A DNA stretch of 64,000 nucleotides from Ostrea edulis (GCF_947568905.1 NC_079165.1:46128001-46192000); one strand, 5' to 3'. Shown: positions 52,301-63,605, counted from the stretch's first letter. Program-made: numbers and translations. The notes: generated by a model not told the origin, from the letters alone.

Positions 52301-55300
52301 TCTCATTATAATGTGAATGAAATTATCGCTCTAGATAACGTGACACCTCAGTTACAACTAGTGACGTCTCATTATAATGTGAATGAAATTATCGCTCTAG
52401 ATAACGTGACACCTCAGTTACAACTAGTGACGTCTCATTATAATGTGAATGAAATTATCGCTCTAGATAACGTGACACCTCAGTTACAACTAGTGACGTC
52501 TCATTATAACGTGACACCTCAGTTACAACTAGTAACGTCTCATTATAATGTGAATGAAATTATCGCTCTAGATAACGTGACACCTCAGTTACAACTAGTG
52601 ACGTCTCATTATAATGTGAATGAAATTATCGCTCTAGATAACGTGACACCTCAGTTACAACTAGTGACGTCTCATTATAATGTGAATGAAATTATCGCTC
52701 TCGATAACGTGACACCTCAGTTACAACTAGTGACGTCTCATTATAATGTGAATGAAATTATCGCTCTAGATAACGTGACACCTCAGTTACAACTAGTGAC
52801 GTCTCATTATAATGTGAATGAAATTATCGAAGGGACGTAAAACAAACAATGACCTGACACTTTAAAAAAAAAAAATTAAACAGTATTTTATTATGAAAAT
52901 TCACAACAGGACTGGGCAGCAGACACTGTCTATATAAGTCCTCTCCGTTGACACAAGGATGGATAACCAAACTCAAGAACGAATATATCAAAGAACGTGC
53001 AAATTATTTTTATACCCCTGCAGCTGACTGTTGCGAGGGGATATTAGTGATAGGCTTCAATGCATGGATTATTGTAACAACAAAAATAAATCATATGCTT
53101 ATTAGTTTTATAGCTGAAAAGTGTAAAGAGAGAAAGAAAGGGGGGGGGGTAGTATATGCGCACCGTAATATTAACTTAATTGTGCATGCATTTCATTATA
53201 AATAGAAATTTTTGGCTGAAGCGAGGACATACCTTCCAAAAGGTAACCACAATCGATATGTATATAATTTTTATACAGTAACATACATTATGTTTTCTAT
53301 GAATATCTTATAAAGTGGCATAACAAAGTAAAATAACGAACATCTAAATCGTCAAATGAAAGTGCCAAAGTTTTAAAAGTCTAAAATTGAATTGATAACA
53401 GGTAAATTGACCATCATTAATTACAGGTAGGGGAAAGAGAGGTCAGTCTAAAGGAAACACTGACGGACACAAAATTGGCAACTTGGCGGTAGAAGTGGTG
53501 GTGGACACTCTTAGCTCTATACAGGTAGGATTTAAGATCGAATTTCACTTCGGTTAAGCCGTAGTCGCTGAAATGTAAGCACCACTGAAGTCTATTGAGT
53601 AATTTACCTAACTGTTTGTGATTTAAATTTCAAATCTTAGGCAGACGTGTTAGTATGTAGTGGACCGAAAGACTTGCAGCTAAATAATGGAGCTTTATCC
53701 CAAGCCTTGCTGGAAGTAGCCGGGGATGAAATGCAAGAAGAACTTAGCACCAATTATCCGAATGGCATCGACTTTGGTGAATGTGCCATAAGTAAAGGAT
53801 TTAATCTCAGCTGTAGATATGTATACCATGGAGCATTGCCTAAATGGGGAAGCAACACACCGGATCCTTCTTTTGTAAGAATAAAGTGATATCTTTAAAT
53901 TCTAGTATCAAAGGTAAGGTATAAACTTGTGTTCTTTCATTCAAATGTTTTTAATCGCAGATCTTGAAAAAGTTTATGTATGAGTGTTTAGAAGAAGCGA
54001 ACAAACATTCAACGAAGTCAGTAGCATTTCCGACCCTTGGCCTAGGCGCACTTCAGTTTCCCGTGGACCAAACAGTGAAACTTATGGTGCAAACTCTCCG
54101 TACCTTCAGCAGAAAGCATCGTCAAATGAACATCAACAAAGTTATAATAGTTGTATACAGTGAGAGCAGAGATAGTTCAACAGTGAAGTCTGTAAGTCAG
54201 TAATCTTGAGATTAATCGATAGTCTGTAAGTCAGTAATCTAGAGATTAATCGATAGTCTGTAAGTTAGTAATCTAGAGATTAATCAACAGTCTGCAAGTC
54301 AGTAATCTAGAATTTAATCGATAGTCTGTAAGTTGGTAATCTAGATGATTAATTGATAGTCTGTAAGTTAGTCATGTAGAGATTAATCTACAATCTGTAA
54401 GTCAGTAATCTAGAGATTAATCTACAATCTGTAAGTCAGTAATCTAGAGATTAATCTACAATCTGTAAGTCAGTAATCTAGAGATTAATCTACAATCTGT
54501 AAGTCAGTAATCTAGAGATTAATCAACAATCTGCTAGTCAGTAATGTAGAGATTAATTGATAGTCTGTAAGCTAGTAATCTAGAGATTAATTGATAGTCT
54601 GTAAGTCAGTAACCTAGAGATTAATCAACCGTCTGTAAGTCAGTAATCTAGAGATTAATTGATAGTCTGTAAGTCAGTAATCTAGAGATTAATTGATAGT
54701 CTGTAAGTCAGTAATCTAGAGATTAATTGATAGTCTGTAAGTCAGTAATCTAGATGATTAATCTAAATATCAAAATTAAAAAATATTCTAATTATAAAAA
54801 TGAATAAAAACATTTATCAATGCAATGACAAGATATGTTCATAGACGATTATTCTGAATATTGACAAATGAAGATAGGCTTATGAACTGTATTTTCCAAT
54901 AAACCCCTTAACTTCAAAAACCATACTGTCAGAGGGTTTACTGGAATATCTATACTTGTCATTATGTGAATGGTTGTATGTCTCCTGAATAGGAACTTAA
55001 GTGATCGTATTACAAATACTATCGTAATAGAATAAACATATTTATCTCGTTGTGAAATTGTTTGGTGAAGAATACCTTCCTTAGTGTCAAGATATTACTG
55101 GAAAATAAAAGTATCCCTCCTCGGGCTTAGTTTTTATTTTCAAAGAAAGTATCTGAACTTTGAGGGTTGCTCTCCTATGTAGTCTTATTTCTTAATTTGA
55201 TGAGCTTCTGAAGACACGCTTACTTTTTGCAGACATTGTTGAAGGAACTTAACAGCCCGGCAGGTAAACCAGCATTTCTCTCACTCTCGTTCGACAATTT

Positions 55301-58300
55301 CTCATTATAAAGTTTCTGCCATTCGATCTATAAAATCCTTTTATTAGTTTCAGCTGTATCAAAATCAGTTTATTCTGGAAAAATCGACAATGTCTCGATA
55401 AATGTGATAGTTGGGAGTATCACGGAAGAAAAGGTAGTTTTATTTCTCCTTCATAACAATGTACAAATTACAAGTTTGGAAAATGATGATATTAGTAATT
55501 CACGTGAATGGAAATTAAAATGGTGGTGAAACTTAAGGAAAGAGGTAAAAATACAAAATGCGTTTCACTCATACTCTTATGTTCAATGTAGGTTGCTTTA
55601 GCATGTTTCACAGCATTCGACTTAACGACATGTTGTATTTACAAAATGCATGTAAGATCTTTATAACGACCATGAAATTGGCAAATAGATATTTTCTTTC
55701 AATTCACTAGGTGGACGTCCTTGTGAATAGTGTCTCTACAGATTTGGGAATGACCTCGGGGACTGCAGCTGCGGTTTCTGCTGCAGCTGGCTCAGGGATG
55801 ACTAACGAAATTGCCCAAGATTATCCGAATGGAATTACATATGATGACGTTGCTGTTACCTCCGGCCACAACCTAACAACTGTTAAGAAAATATACCATG
55901 GTGCCCTTCTTCCGTGGTATTCAAAACGCTCGGGATCAACGAAACTCCCTGATGAGGTACATTTCTTAACATGACGTTCATGTATAGTCTTATTCTCTTT
56001 AGAGAAGTCGAGAGGCATAGCCTACATCGACTTCTCTTCGCAAGCATTCATGTTTTGATTCTGGAAAACGTGTAAATGCCGGAGTCGGTGACGGTTTATG
56101 CTTCGACCGACGTTTCGACTCAGATGTGCCTGGATTTACGCAATAGACAAGTTGTTTTCAAACATTTAACAGCAATGCTCAAAACTGTCACAAAGAAATC
56201 AACACGTACTTGCTTTTATTCCATTTTCAACATGTCTCCTGTCCCGGGTTTACGTTAACTGGTCTTGGGAGCTGTCACAATAGGGAACCAGTTAAGAGAA
56301 AAGCAGGCTGACGTAATCAGAGTTGTGATTTAAACCCGGGACAGGGGCATGTTGAAAATGGATTAAAAGCAAGTAAGTGTTAATTTCCTTGCAACGGTTT
56401 TGTGAATTGCTGTTAAATGTTTGAAAACAACTTGTCTATTGCGTAAATCCAGGCACATCTTAGTCGAAACGTCGGTCGAAGCATAAACCGTCACCGACTC
56501 CGGCATTTACACGTTTTCCAGAATCAAAACATAAATGCTTGCGAAGAGAAGTCGATGAAGGCTATGCCTATCAACTTCTCTAAAGAGAATAGTATAGTCT
56601 GAACTTTACGTTGATAAAATCATATCTAGTTACGTCCGTTTGTTTGTAGTTACTGGAGGAATTTGTCTTGAAATGCCTTCAGAAAGCGAACTCTAGCGGT
56701 CACTCATCAATAGCTTTTCCAGCTCTCGGAACCGGATATCATAAATTTCCAGCAGATGTTGCATCAGCTAGTATGGTTTCAGCATTTGATGATTTTTGTA
56801 AGCAAACTAAAAACAAAACTGTCTTGGAAATACGCGTGGTGCTATTCGCAAGTGGTCCTGATCTGCAGCAATTGGAAAAGGTTTTGTATCTATTTATCAT
56901 TCATCATAATTTGATAACCACACTGAGGGATAAATCCTAAATAAGAAATGATAACACACGACACACTGTTTAGTAAAGCAAAAAATGTATAGCATCTCCA
57001 TAAAATGTATAGCATCTCCATAAAATGTATAGCATCTCCAAAATTTACAGGCCTTCCAGGATGAATTAGGGAATTTGTCACCGGGAAATAGTACAAAAGA
57101 ATCAGGAACAGCCGGGAAACAAGGTAATTAATATCTGAGATTATGTAGTCCGATAAATTACTTAATAAAATGTGAAGACAACGAACAGTGATCAATCTCA
57201 TAGATCCAATAAAGAATACAAAATTAAGAGCAGGGCAAACACGGACCCCTGGAAACTCCAGAGGTGGTATCCAGAGGAGTAAGCATCCCATGTTGACCCG
57301 TCACACCTGCCGTGGGCCCTCTGCCTTGATTACCAACCAATAGAGTATAGGGAGGATGTAAAACTCAAAACGAATATGCAGAATTAGCTAGAAGCATTTC
57401 AACTAATTGCTGCAAGTTAGTTAGAGGATGAACTTTTTTAGCATCGAGAGAATCTCTTTATTTGGAAACAGTTTGGGGTCAGCTTCGAATTAGGCGAAAA
57501 ACAACATGAATAAAAACAATGTATAAAGAGGACCAGAATTTGACTCCAAATACATGTATATATTTCTTATCAAAATTACAACACAAGAAACACTCTAAAT
57601 TGCATTTACCTAAATGTAAATCTATAAAACTTCTTGTGTACCAACTGTAGGTGAAAGGAGTAATCTGTAGTAATCTGTAGTCAAATTCAGTATGTAAAGA
57701 ACGGCCTAACAATTGGTATGAAACACGTCCGACAGCTTCGACTTACCGACATGTTGTATTTGCATAATACATGAAAGATCATTATAACGACCTTAGAATT
57801 TGCTAAATGCTGACTTCAAACGAGAAACCCTGCACATCAACGTATTTGTCAGTGCCGGTAGCTTGCGTTGATTTTTTTTTTTTTTTTTTTTTTTTTGTGA
57901 GCAGGGAAAACGTTAGATTTTGTGCTTGAACATACTGTAAAATATTCAAATAAAATCAAAATGTTATTACGTGATTTAACGATCTTTGGAAATTTAATTT
58001 GCTCAATGTGACCATGATTAAGAAATGACAGTAAATGATATGCTTTTTTCATTGAATAATTTTCAGCAAGCAACACTAAACACATACCTCTTCGAAGGCG
58101 AGTCCCTACAGTAGCTCCAAAACGTGGAACAAAAGCATATCTCATATATAAATACCAGGAGGCTGCACGGACCCCGCCCTACTGGACGAAATTTACCTGT
58201 CAGAAGAAACTCAAAGATTGGAATTTAGCGGTGAAATCTGGAGCTTCATCGCACATGGAAAATGTCGACCAAAATACTTTTCAAAGTATTGAGGCTGCTT

Positions 58301-59565
58301 TTAAAAGTACGTTGGGTATAGCACAAATTGTCAGCATACATAGAATAGAAAACGTTGAACTTTTCTTGAAATACACCGATGAATGTCAAAGACTGTTTCG
58401 GAAAGCGATTGTGGAAGGAGATTTTGTACCTTTGGAGAATGTAACGGGTTCAAGTGGACCGGCTAAGACAATGCAATATTTGGATTCGACGATGCTGAAA
58501 CACACACATCCAGAAATAAACGAGTATTATTTCTTTCACGGAACAAAGCCACAGAGCGTTGCTGTGATTTCTGGACAGGGGTTAGACAACAGACTGGCAT
58601 ATACAGGGGGTTTACTCGGGACAGGGGTCTATGGCGCAGAGGACGCTTTGAAATCCAATGGATATACAGGTAAAGTGTGCTCTGATTTAGAAATTCTTAA
58701 TAAAGTTTTAGTATTCTAAGTATGATGATGATGATATACTAATAATGAAAATTTATATTGCGCTCTATATAAAACGAATTACTCTAAGGCGCTTCACGTG
58801 GATAAAAAATTATCATAGTGTTATGGTAGTATGAAGATCATTTTCATAGCATATCCTTTGGATAAATCTTTACACTTATACCGAACAGTTCATAACTGAT
58901 TGATTGTTTCTGGACTAAATTGTGTAATCTTAATCTAAAATGTCTGTCCTTCATATTTCTCTCTGATGAATCTTTACGTGTATTATGTACATGTATATTG
59001 ATTATTTGTTTGTATGTATTTTATTGAGCACCACATATACCATTTTGTAGTTTTCAGAGTGTAAAAAAGACATAAACTTTAACTGTATTGAAGTTACCTA
59101 TGCTAGACATCCGCGTCCGATTATTAGTGAGTTTTTTTTTTACTAAGTCAACACCTTCTGTGACACAGGACATCCGTTTCTACGACCTGTGTTATCATTT
59201 CTACGTCAAGCGCTTGGTGAGGAATAATCGCTACCTGTTTTATGGACTCGGATATCAAACCCGTGCCTCCCATAAAATTGAGCGCTCTACCGTCTGATCT
59301 ATCTTGCATTCCATAGAACGTGTAAATAATCTCAAGAAATTAATTAATATCTCACGATGAAATTAGCCCTTTGGCGATTTTTGTCGCTCAAGTTTATTAC
59401 AATGTATATCAAACCATAAATGATTTCTATTTTACCATAAGTCACCATACTTTATACAAAGAATCGCTATGGGATGGGGAAGATTCCAACTGATATAAGG
59501 AAGGTCAGGCGATACTGATATAGTAGAACGATTTCCGGTTAATTGATTGGTTGTTTTATGTCCCG

Positions 59566-59598
<33 letters not shown>

Positions 59599-60639
59599 AG
59601 CTGTAGGTGAAGTACCACAAACTTAGACCCATGCTTAGCGCTCAGTGCTGTAGCAGTGAGGTTTTTTTATCGTGCCAACACCTGTCGCGACACGAGACCT
59701 CCGTTTTAATGTCTTATCCGAAAGACCCGTGATTCTCACTTCTAAATATCAAGCGTTTGGCAAAGGACCAATCACTACCTATGTTTATGTCTTAGCTCAA
59801 TCGTAACTACTCGGCAAATGAACCGGCTACGGAAAAGGACGAGGGCGTGATCCGATTGTCCTTAGCTTTGACGCGGCCATGACACGAGCGGGCCTAGAAC
59901 TCACGACCTCCCGGTTACGAAGCGAACTTTTTACCACTGAACTACCGCGACTGCTAAACGGTTTCCGGGCTTTAAGTAATTCTTCTTTCCACCAACAGTC
60001 GTCATATTTCATTTAGTAACTCGCCATGGTATAAGGATGACCCCTATCAAGTTTGGGGACTAAAGGTCAGAGTTCAAGCAAACTGAAATAACGGTTTCAG
60101 GGCTTTAATAGTAGTTTCCCTTTGTTCACCTGGAATCCCCACACACATGAGGAAGTCCTCTATCGACTTGAGGACAAACGATAAAAGTCAAGCAAACTGG
60201 TCGGTGGACTTTGAGATTAGAAAATGGTCTCTTGGTCACAAGTAGTTTCTCCAATTCATTAAACTTGTTTGGTGGTTTTTTGGCAAATTGAAAGGTCATT
60301 TATATGTCGAAGTATTTTTAACAAGAAATACGATGAAACATTAAAGGTTTACTACTATTAAAATATTTTTGAATTGTTTCATTTTTATTTCAAATCAATT
60401 GAGGAATGGATACCAACGGATGCCGCCCGATGTTCCTTATGAGAATGTGCCTTGGTGATATTCATTTGACGACATCCACTTGTAGCTTCACGAGGCCACC
60501 TTGTAGAATATGCGCCCGGCAAGTTTGTAGCAGTCACCAGGAAATATTTGACAGCGTGGTAGCGAACTTTCAATTTCGAGAGTTTGTTGTATATGACAGA
60601 AGTCAGTGTTACCCAGAATATCTTATATGGTATAAATAA
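40388..60639 (+). CDS. Macrodomain-containing ADP-ribosyltransferase, PARP14/PARP15-like (3 macrodomains + PARP catalytic domain, no WWE seen), 14 coding exons, 874 aa; orthology not established
   Basis: Exons: 40388-40474, 40650-40877, 47748-47957, 53206-53242, 53427-53524, 53641-53874, 53961-54191, 55233-55263, 55354-55433, 55711-55956, 56650-56880, 57051-57123, 58067-58669, 60404-60639. Total 2625 nt, open, all GT-AG with matching phases; the last acceptor is an uncommon GAG. Macro motifs: VDVIVNS/ADVLVCS/VDVLVNS, IYHGAL x3, IAIPALGTG/VAFPTLGLG/IAFPALGTG. PARP motifs: EYYFFHGT, LLGTGVYGAE, KSNGY, FREFVVYDRSQCYPEYLIWY*. An in-frame TAG lies upstream of ATG 40388. Confidence 0.92.
41131..41252. 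repeat. 122 bp interrupted palindrome, probably a transposon end
   Basis: Outer arms match 32/35 and inner arms (gttggctgtcaaaatgcac / gtgcattttgacagccaac) 19/19. Confidence 0.85.
42026..42835 (+). mobile_element. 810 bp non-autonomous DNA transposon, TAGCTGCAATAATGTAGCCCT termini, 9-bp target duplication
   Basis: TGGTGACAC|TAGCTGCAATAATGTAGCCCT ... AGGGCTACATTATTGCAGCTA|TGGTGACAC. It is nested in an older element with gcaggggacagtt TIRs (~41543-43010). Confidence 0.92.
43212..43598 (+). mobile_element. 387 bp MITE with CAG(T/G)GGCGGAT termini
   Basis: CAGTGGCGGATT ... GGATCCGCCCCTG; second copy at 3823-4210. Confidence 0.8.
44615..45105. repeat. 33 bp minisatellite (~14 copies)
   Basis: Unit aggtataccgtatatactaaacataatactaaactt-like; explains ORFs 44517-45107 and 44613-45095. 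Confidence 0.95.
46239..46807. mobile_element. 569 bp CATATG-rich MITE with TA duplication, inserted in an older repeat
   Basis: ta|catagggaaaagTGCCACATATGATCC ... GGATCATATGTGGCAagcatgcctgtg|ta. Removing it restores the host motif cactggtagatcctaaggagtagatgacc. Confidence 0.7.
51014..51841 (-). mobile_element. 828 bp copy of the TAGCTGCA element in reverse orientation, 9-bp target duplication
   Basis: GAGTGGTCC|TAGCTGCAATAATGTAGCCCT ... AGGGCTACATTATTGCAGCTA|GAGTGGTCC; the interior is the reverse complement of 42026-42835. Confidence 0.93.
52030..52829. repeat. 66 bp minisatellite (~12 units, two 39-bp short units)
   Basis: Unit gctctagataacgtgacacctcagttacaactagtgacgtctcattataatgtgaatgaaattatc; explains ORF 51944-52840. 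Confidence 0.95.
54187..54765. repeat. 34 bp minisatellite (~17 copies) beginning at a splice donor
   Basis: Unit agtctgtaagtcagtaatctagagattaatcgat; the first copy overlaps the exon end at 54191. Confidence 0.93.
55991..56591. mobile_element. 601 bp foldback element: ~262 bp TIRs, 78 bp spacer, 9-bp target duplication
   Basis: GTATAGTCT|TATTCTCTTTAGAGAAG ... CTTCTCTAAAGAGAATA|GTATAGTCT; arms 55991-56252 and 56331-56591. Confidence 0.92.
57168..57320 (-). mobile_element. Short 3' UTR fragment of the Penelope-like element
   Basis: Reverse complement of the ggtccgtgtttgccc...gagattgatcactgttcgtt segment seen at 400-490 and 36610-36700. Confidence 0.7.
59543..59952 (-). mobile_element. tRNA-derived SINE, same family as 29422-29834
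   Basis: Minus-strand head agtcgcggtagttcagtggtaaaaagttcgcttcgtaaccgggaggtcgtgagttc; shared body gtgagaatcacgggtcttt...ggaggtc.cgtgtc and tggtgacgtctcaatatgagtgaaa. Confidence 0.85.
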
Positions 60640-61244
60640 TAAGAAAATTATGTTCCCTTTATATTCAGTATGAATGTTTGTTACTGACTGTCTACAGAAA
60701 TATGTCGGATTGTTAAGATCCACACAAGGCGATGCACGACCGTGTCTTCTATGAACTTACACAACCCGACATAGTTCCGTAGACAGTCGGTAACAAATCT
60801 ATCAAGAAAACATTTGTTTCCATCAATTGTCGCCCGAAGAAAGTGCCAACTTTTTGTTAATAGGAATATGCTGCAAGATATGTTTAAAAGTTTAGCATTG
60901 GACAAACTTTGATCAGAAACACTTCACTTAGGTCTGTATCCGGTTACATAAGTACATGTACAAATTAAGATGTTTTACAAAGGTCTTGTTAGTGACCACA
61001 CGCTTCTTTGCTTTCAGTGTTCATGCGTTGCGTTTTTCAACAGTTGTAATAAAATATGGTATTTATTCATACATAATGTGTCTTGTTTTTCATTGCACTT
61101 AGTAATATTGACTTCTTTTGTTCTGTGTATAGGTGCTTATGCACTTCCACCCCAGTCTGTATTTTTATTATCAGGTTAATCTATAGCATCACTGATATGG
61201 CATTCATAACACCAGTTTCTGTTTGGGATTTGTTTCCTTTATTG

Positions 61245-62200
61245 AAATAACAATGGGCCACGTCTCTCACCTAGTCACCTTGGCTCTGCTCTTGTTCAGC
61301 TGTTGCGATTTTAAAAAGATTTTTCAATGTTTATTCCCATTTTACAATTTTGACCTCATATTTTGGCCCATAACCGACCTTGAATTCACACAACATGGGG
61401 GTGCCTCAATACCAATACGACCAACATGACCTTGCTGTTCAGGAGAACTCTTTTCTGTATACATGTATTGTGTTAAATTGACCCACTCTAACCACGGGGT
61501 TATTAACTTGAATAATAAACTTGAACCCAAAGAACGTAGGAACTCTTGCATTTTGATATGATTTAATATGGCCCTACTAATCTTGTGTAGAATTTCTTCT
61601 ATTCAATTTCTTGTATATTCGCAAATAAAAATTCGATCTTCTGTCGCCCCATCCTACCCCTGGATTGAGCAAACTGGAATTTGAATACCTGAAAATGTTT
61701 GCATATTGATATGACTAATCATTGCCTTGCTGTTGTCGAGATGAAGAATTTTACAAATGTAATTTGAAAAATGTTTTCTTGTATATTTTTATCTAAAATT
61801 TTGAGCCCCTATTGTGGTTCTCCATGGGTCAAGACTTAAAGAAACTTTATCTGTACTACCTTGGGATGCTTGACTTATCATGGTCCTGCTGAGATGAAAA
61901 TTTTCAAAAGATATATATATATCCCAATGTAAATCTTTAATCCCCGACTGTGGCCCCATCCTACTTCTAGTCCCACGATTTGAAGAAACTTTAATTCCAT
62001 GTGATGCTGGTGTATCAAACTTTAATTCTATTGATGCTGGTGTATCAATCTTTAATTCTATGTGATGCTGGTGTATCAATCTTTAATTCTATGTGATGCT
62101 GGTGTATCAAACTTTAATTCTATGTGATGCTGGTGTATCAAACTTTAATTCTATGTGATGCTGGTGTATCAATGTGACTAATCATGGCTCTGTTCTTGAG
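61245..62200 (+). repeat. HINE-like repeat with degenerate ~165 bp satellite units and a 31-bp array (61990-62172)
   Basis: aacaatgggccacgtctctcacct start, units with ccccaattgtggccccatcctacccc...aaacttgaat, and ~6 x ctttaattctatgtgatgctggtgtatcaaa. Confidence 0.6.
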
Positions 62201-63605
62201 AAAAAAAGTTTTTTTAATAAATGTAAAGTCTTTGAAAATAAATGTCTGATTCTAAGGTCGTTAAGATTATGAGCCTAGAATGAGAGTACCAAACCCCCAG
62301 GTGTATAACCTAGACGCAGTTCTCCTAGAATGGACAGTTTGAGGCTAATATCCTACTTAAAACATTACATCTTTTGTTCTAAGAATAGACAGGCTCAGAT
62401 ACACCCATTGACAATGATAATTATGAATAAAGCTCTATCTAAATACTAAGTAGCCTGACAATATAACCAGTAGCAATCTGTTTCTTTCGTTCACTGACTG
62501 AAATAGTGTCAGGTAAATTATCAATGGTATCTTGTGCTGCAGGTGTTTTATATCAACTCACTCCGTGGTATTGGGCCATATCAACATGTACTATGTCAGC
62601 ATTTTCATTGCACAATTGAAATTTCATGATGCTAATGAAATTAAAGTACTATCAAAGTACTTAATAGCTGATATTCAAGATATGGAGGAAGCTATGAAGC
62701 CAAATTTTGATCTGTAAAGCATTTTGTTTTCGAATACCGGTATATCGGACAATGAAATGACTAATGCCAGTCACAAGAACCCAAGATGCCCAGCTCGTGA
62801 AATGAAGTGAAATTATTCATGGAATCGAGAATAATATTTCAGAATTCGGATATTGTTGAAGGATAAATTTGATAAAGAAAACGTCAAGAAAAAGCGTTGT
62901 GGAGAAGTTTTGGAATGTGCCTTTGGGTCCAGCAAAATTCAAATATAGCAAGGAAATACATGTCTTTCAAATTTAAGGTTTGATAGAAAGTTGATATAAT
63001 AATGACCGATGGAATTAAATGATGTGTGAATAGCAGAAGTTGGAGCAGATGAATATACTAAGAGAAATATTTGATTTTCCGATATTTGTATCCATTAAGG
63101 GAATTTAGAATTAAATTTGTGCCTGTTTGACAAATGCATCGTTTTTCTCTTCTTTTCAGTCTACCTGTAGGCATCTAATACGTTGTTGCGTTTACCTGGC
63201 ACCGTCAAATTCTCAATTTATTATCATCAATCTGAATGCTGATTTTATATTCATTTTTTCCTATGATATTGCCTTTACGTGAACTTTCAACGTTCTGCAA
63301 TGCCTGGTCTACAGAAGTGTATGCAACTGTGTCTATAAAATGATTTACGCTATTGTTTTCCATATTGGCTTGCTCAATAAGGGTCTACTTCACTTATTTT
63401 ATTAAGGATAAATGCTACGCCAGATGAAAAGTTGGGGACATGTACAACAATATTTTGAAATTGAAAACTTTCAAATTTACTTTTGATAAAAATGCTATTT
63501 TAGTAGAAAGCAATCTGGAAAATAATATTTAAAACCCCTTCTGGACTCGAACCGGCGATTTACAGTTTAGCAGTCGACGTGCTTCTATTTATTTTCATCA
63601 TACAT

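Larger units (their letters stand above)
50965..52848 (+). mobile_element. tRNA-derived SINE interrupted by a DNA transposon and expanded by an internal 66-bp array
   Basis: Head ggccgcattagtttagtggttagagcg at 50965; body resumes at 51842; tail gggacgtaaaacaaacaa at ~52831-52848. Confidence 0.8.

Noticed and set aside
51944-52840. 298-aa repetitive ORF (NVTPQLQLVTSHY...)
   Set aside because: Entirely a 66-bp array derived from a SINE body inside a PARP intron.
57340-57850. Alternative linker exons between macro 3 and the catalytic exon
   Set aside because: Candidates had stops, wrong phase or poor splice sites; 57051-57123 fits phase and pattern.
62700-63450. Possible degraded Penelope-like RT on the minus strand (HIPKLLH...RF)
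   Set aside because: Only one short motif among many stops; not enough to annotate.
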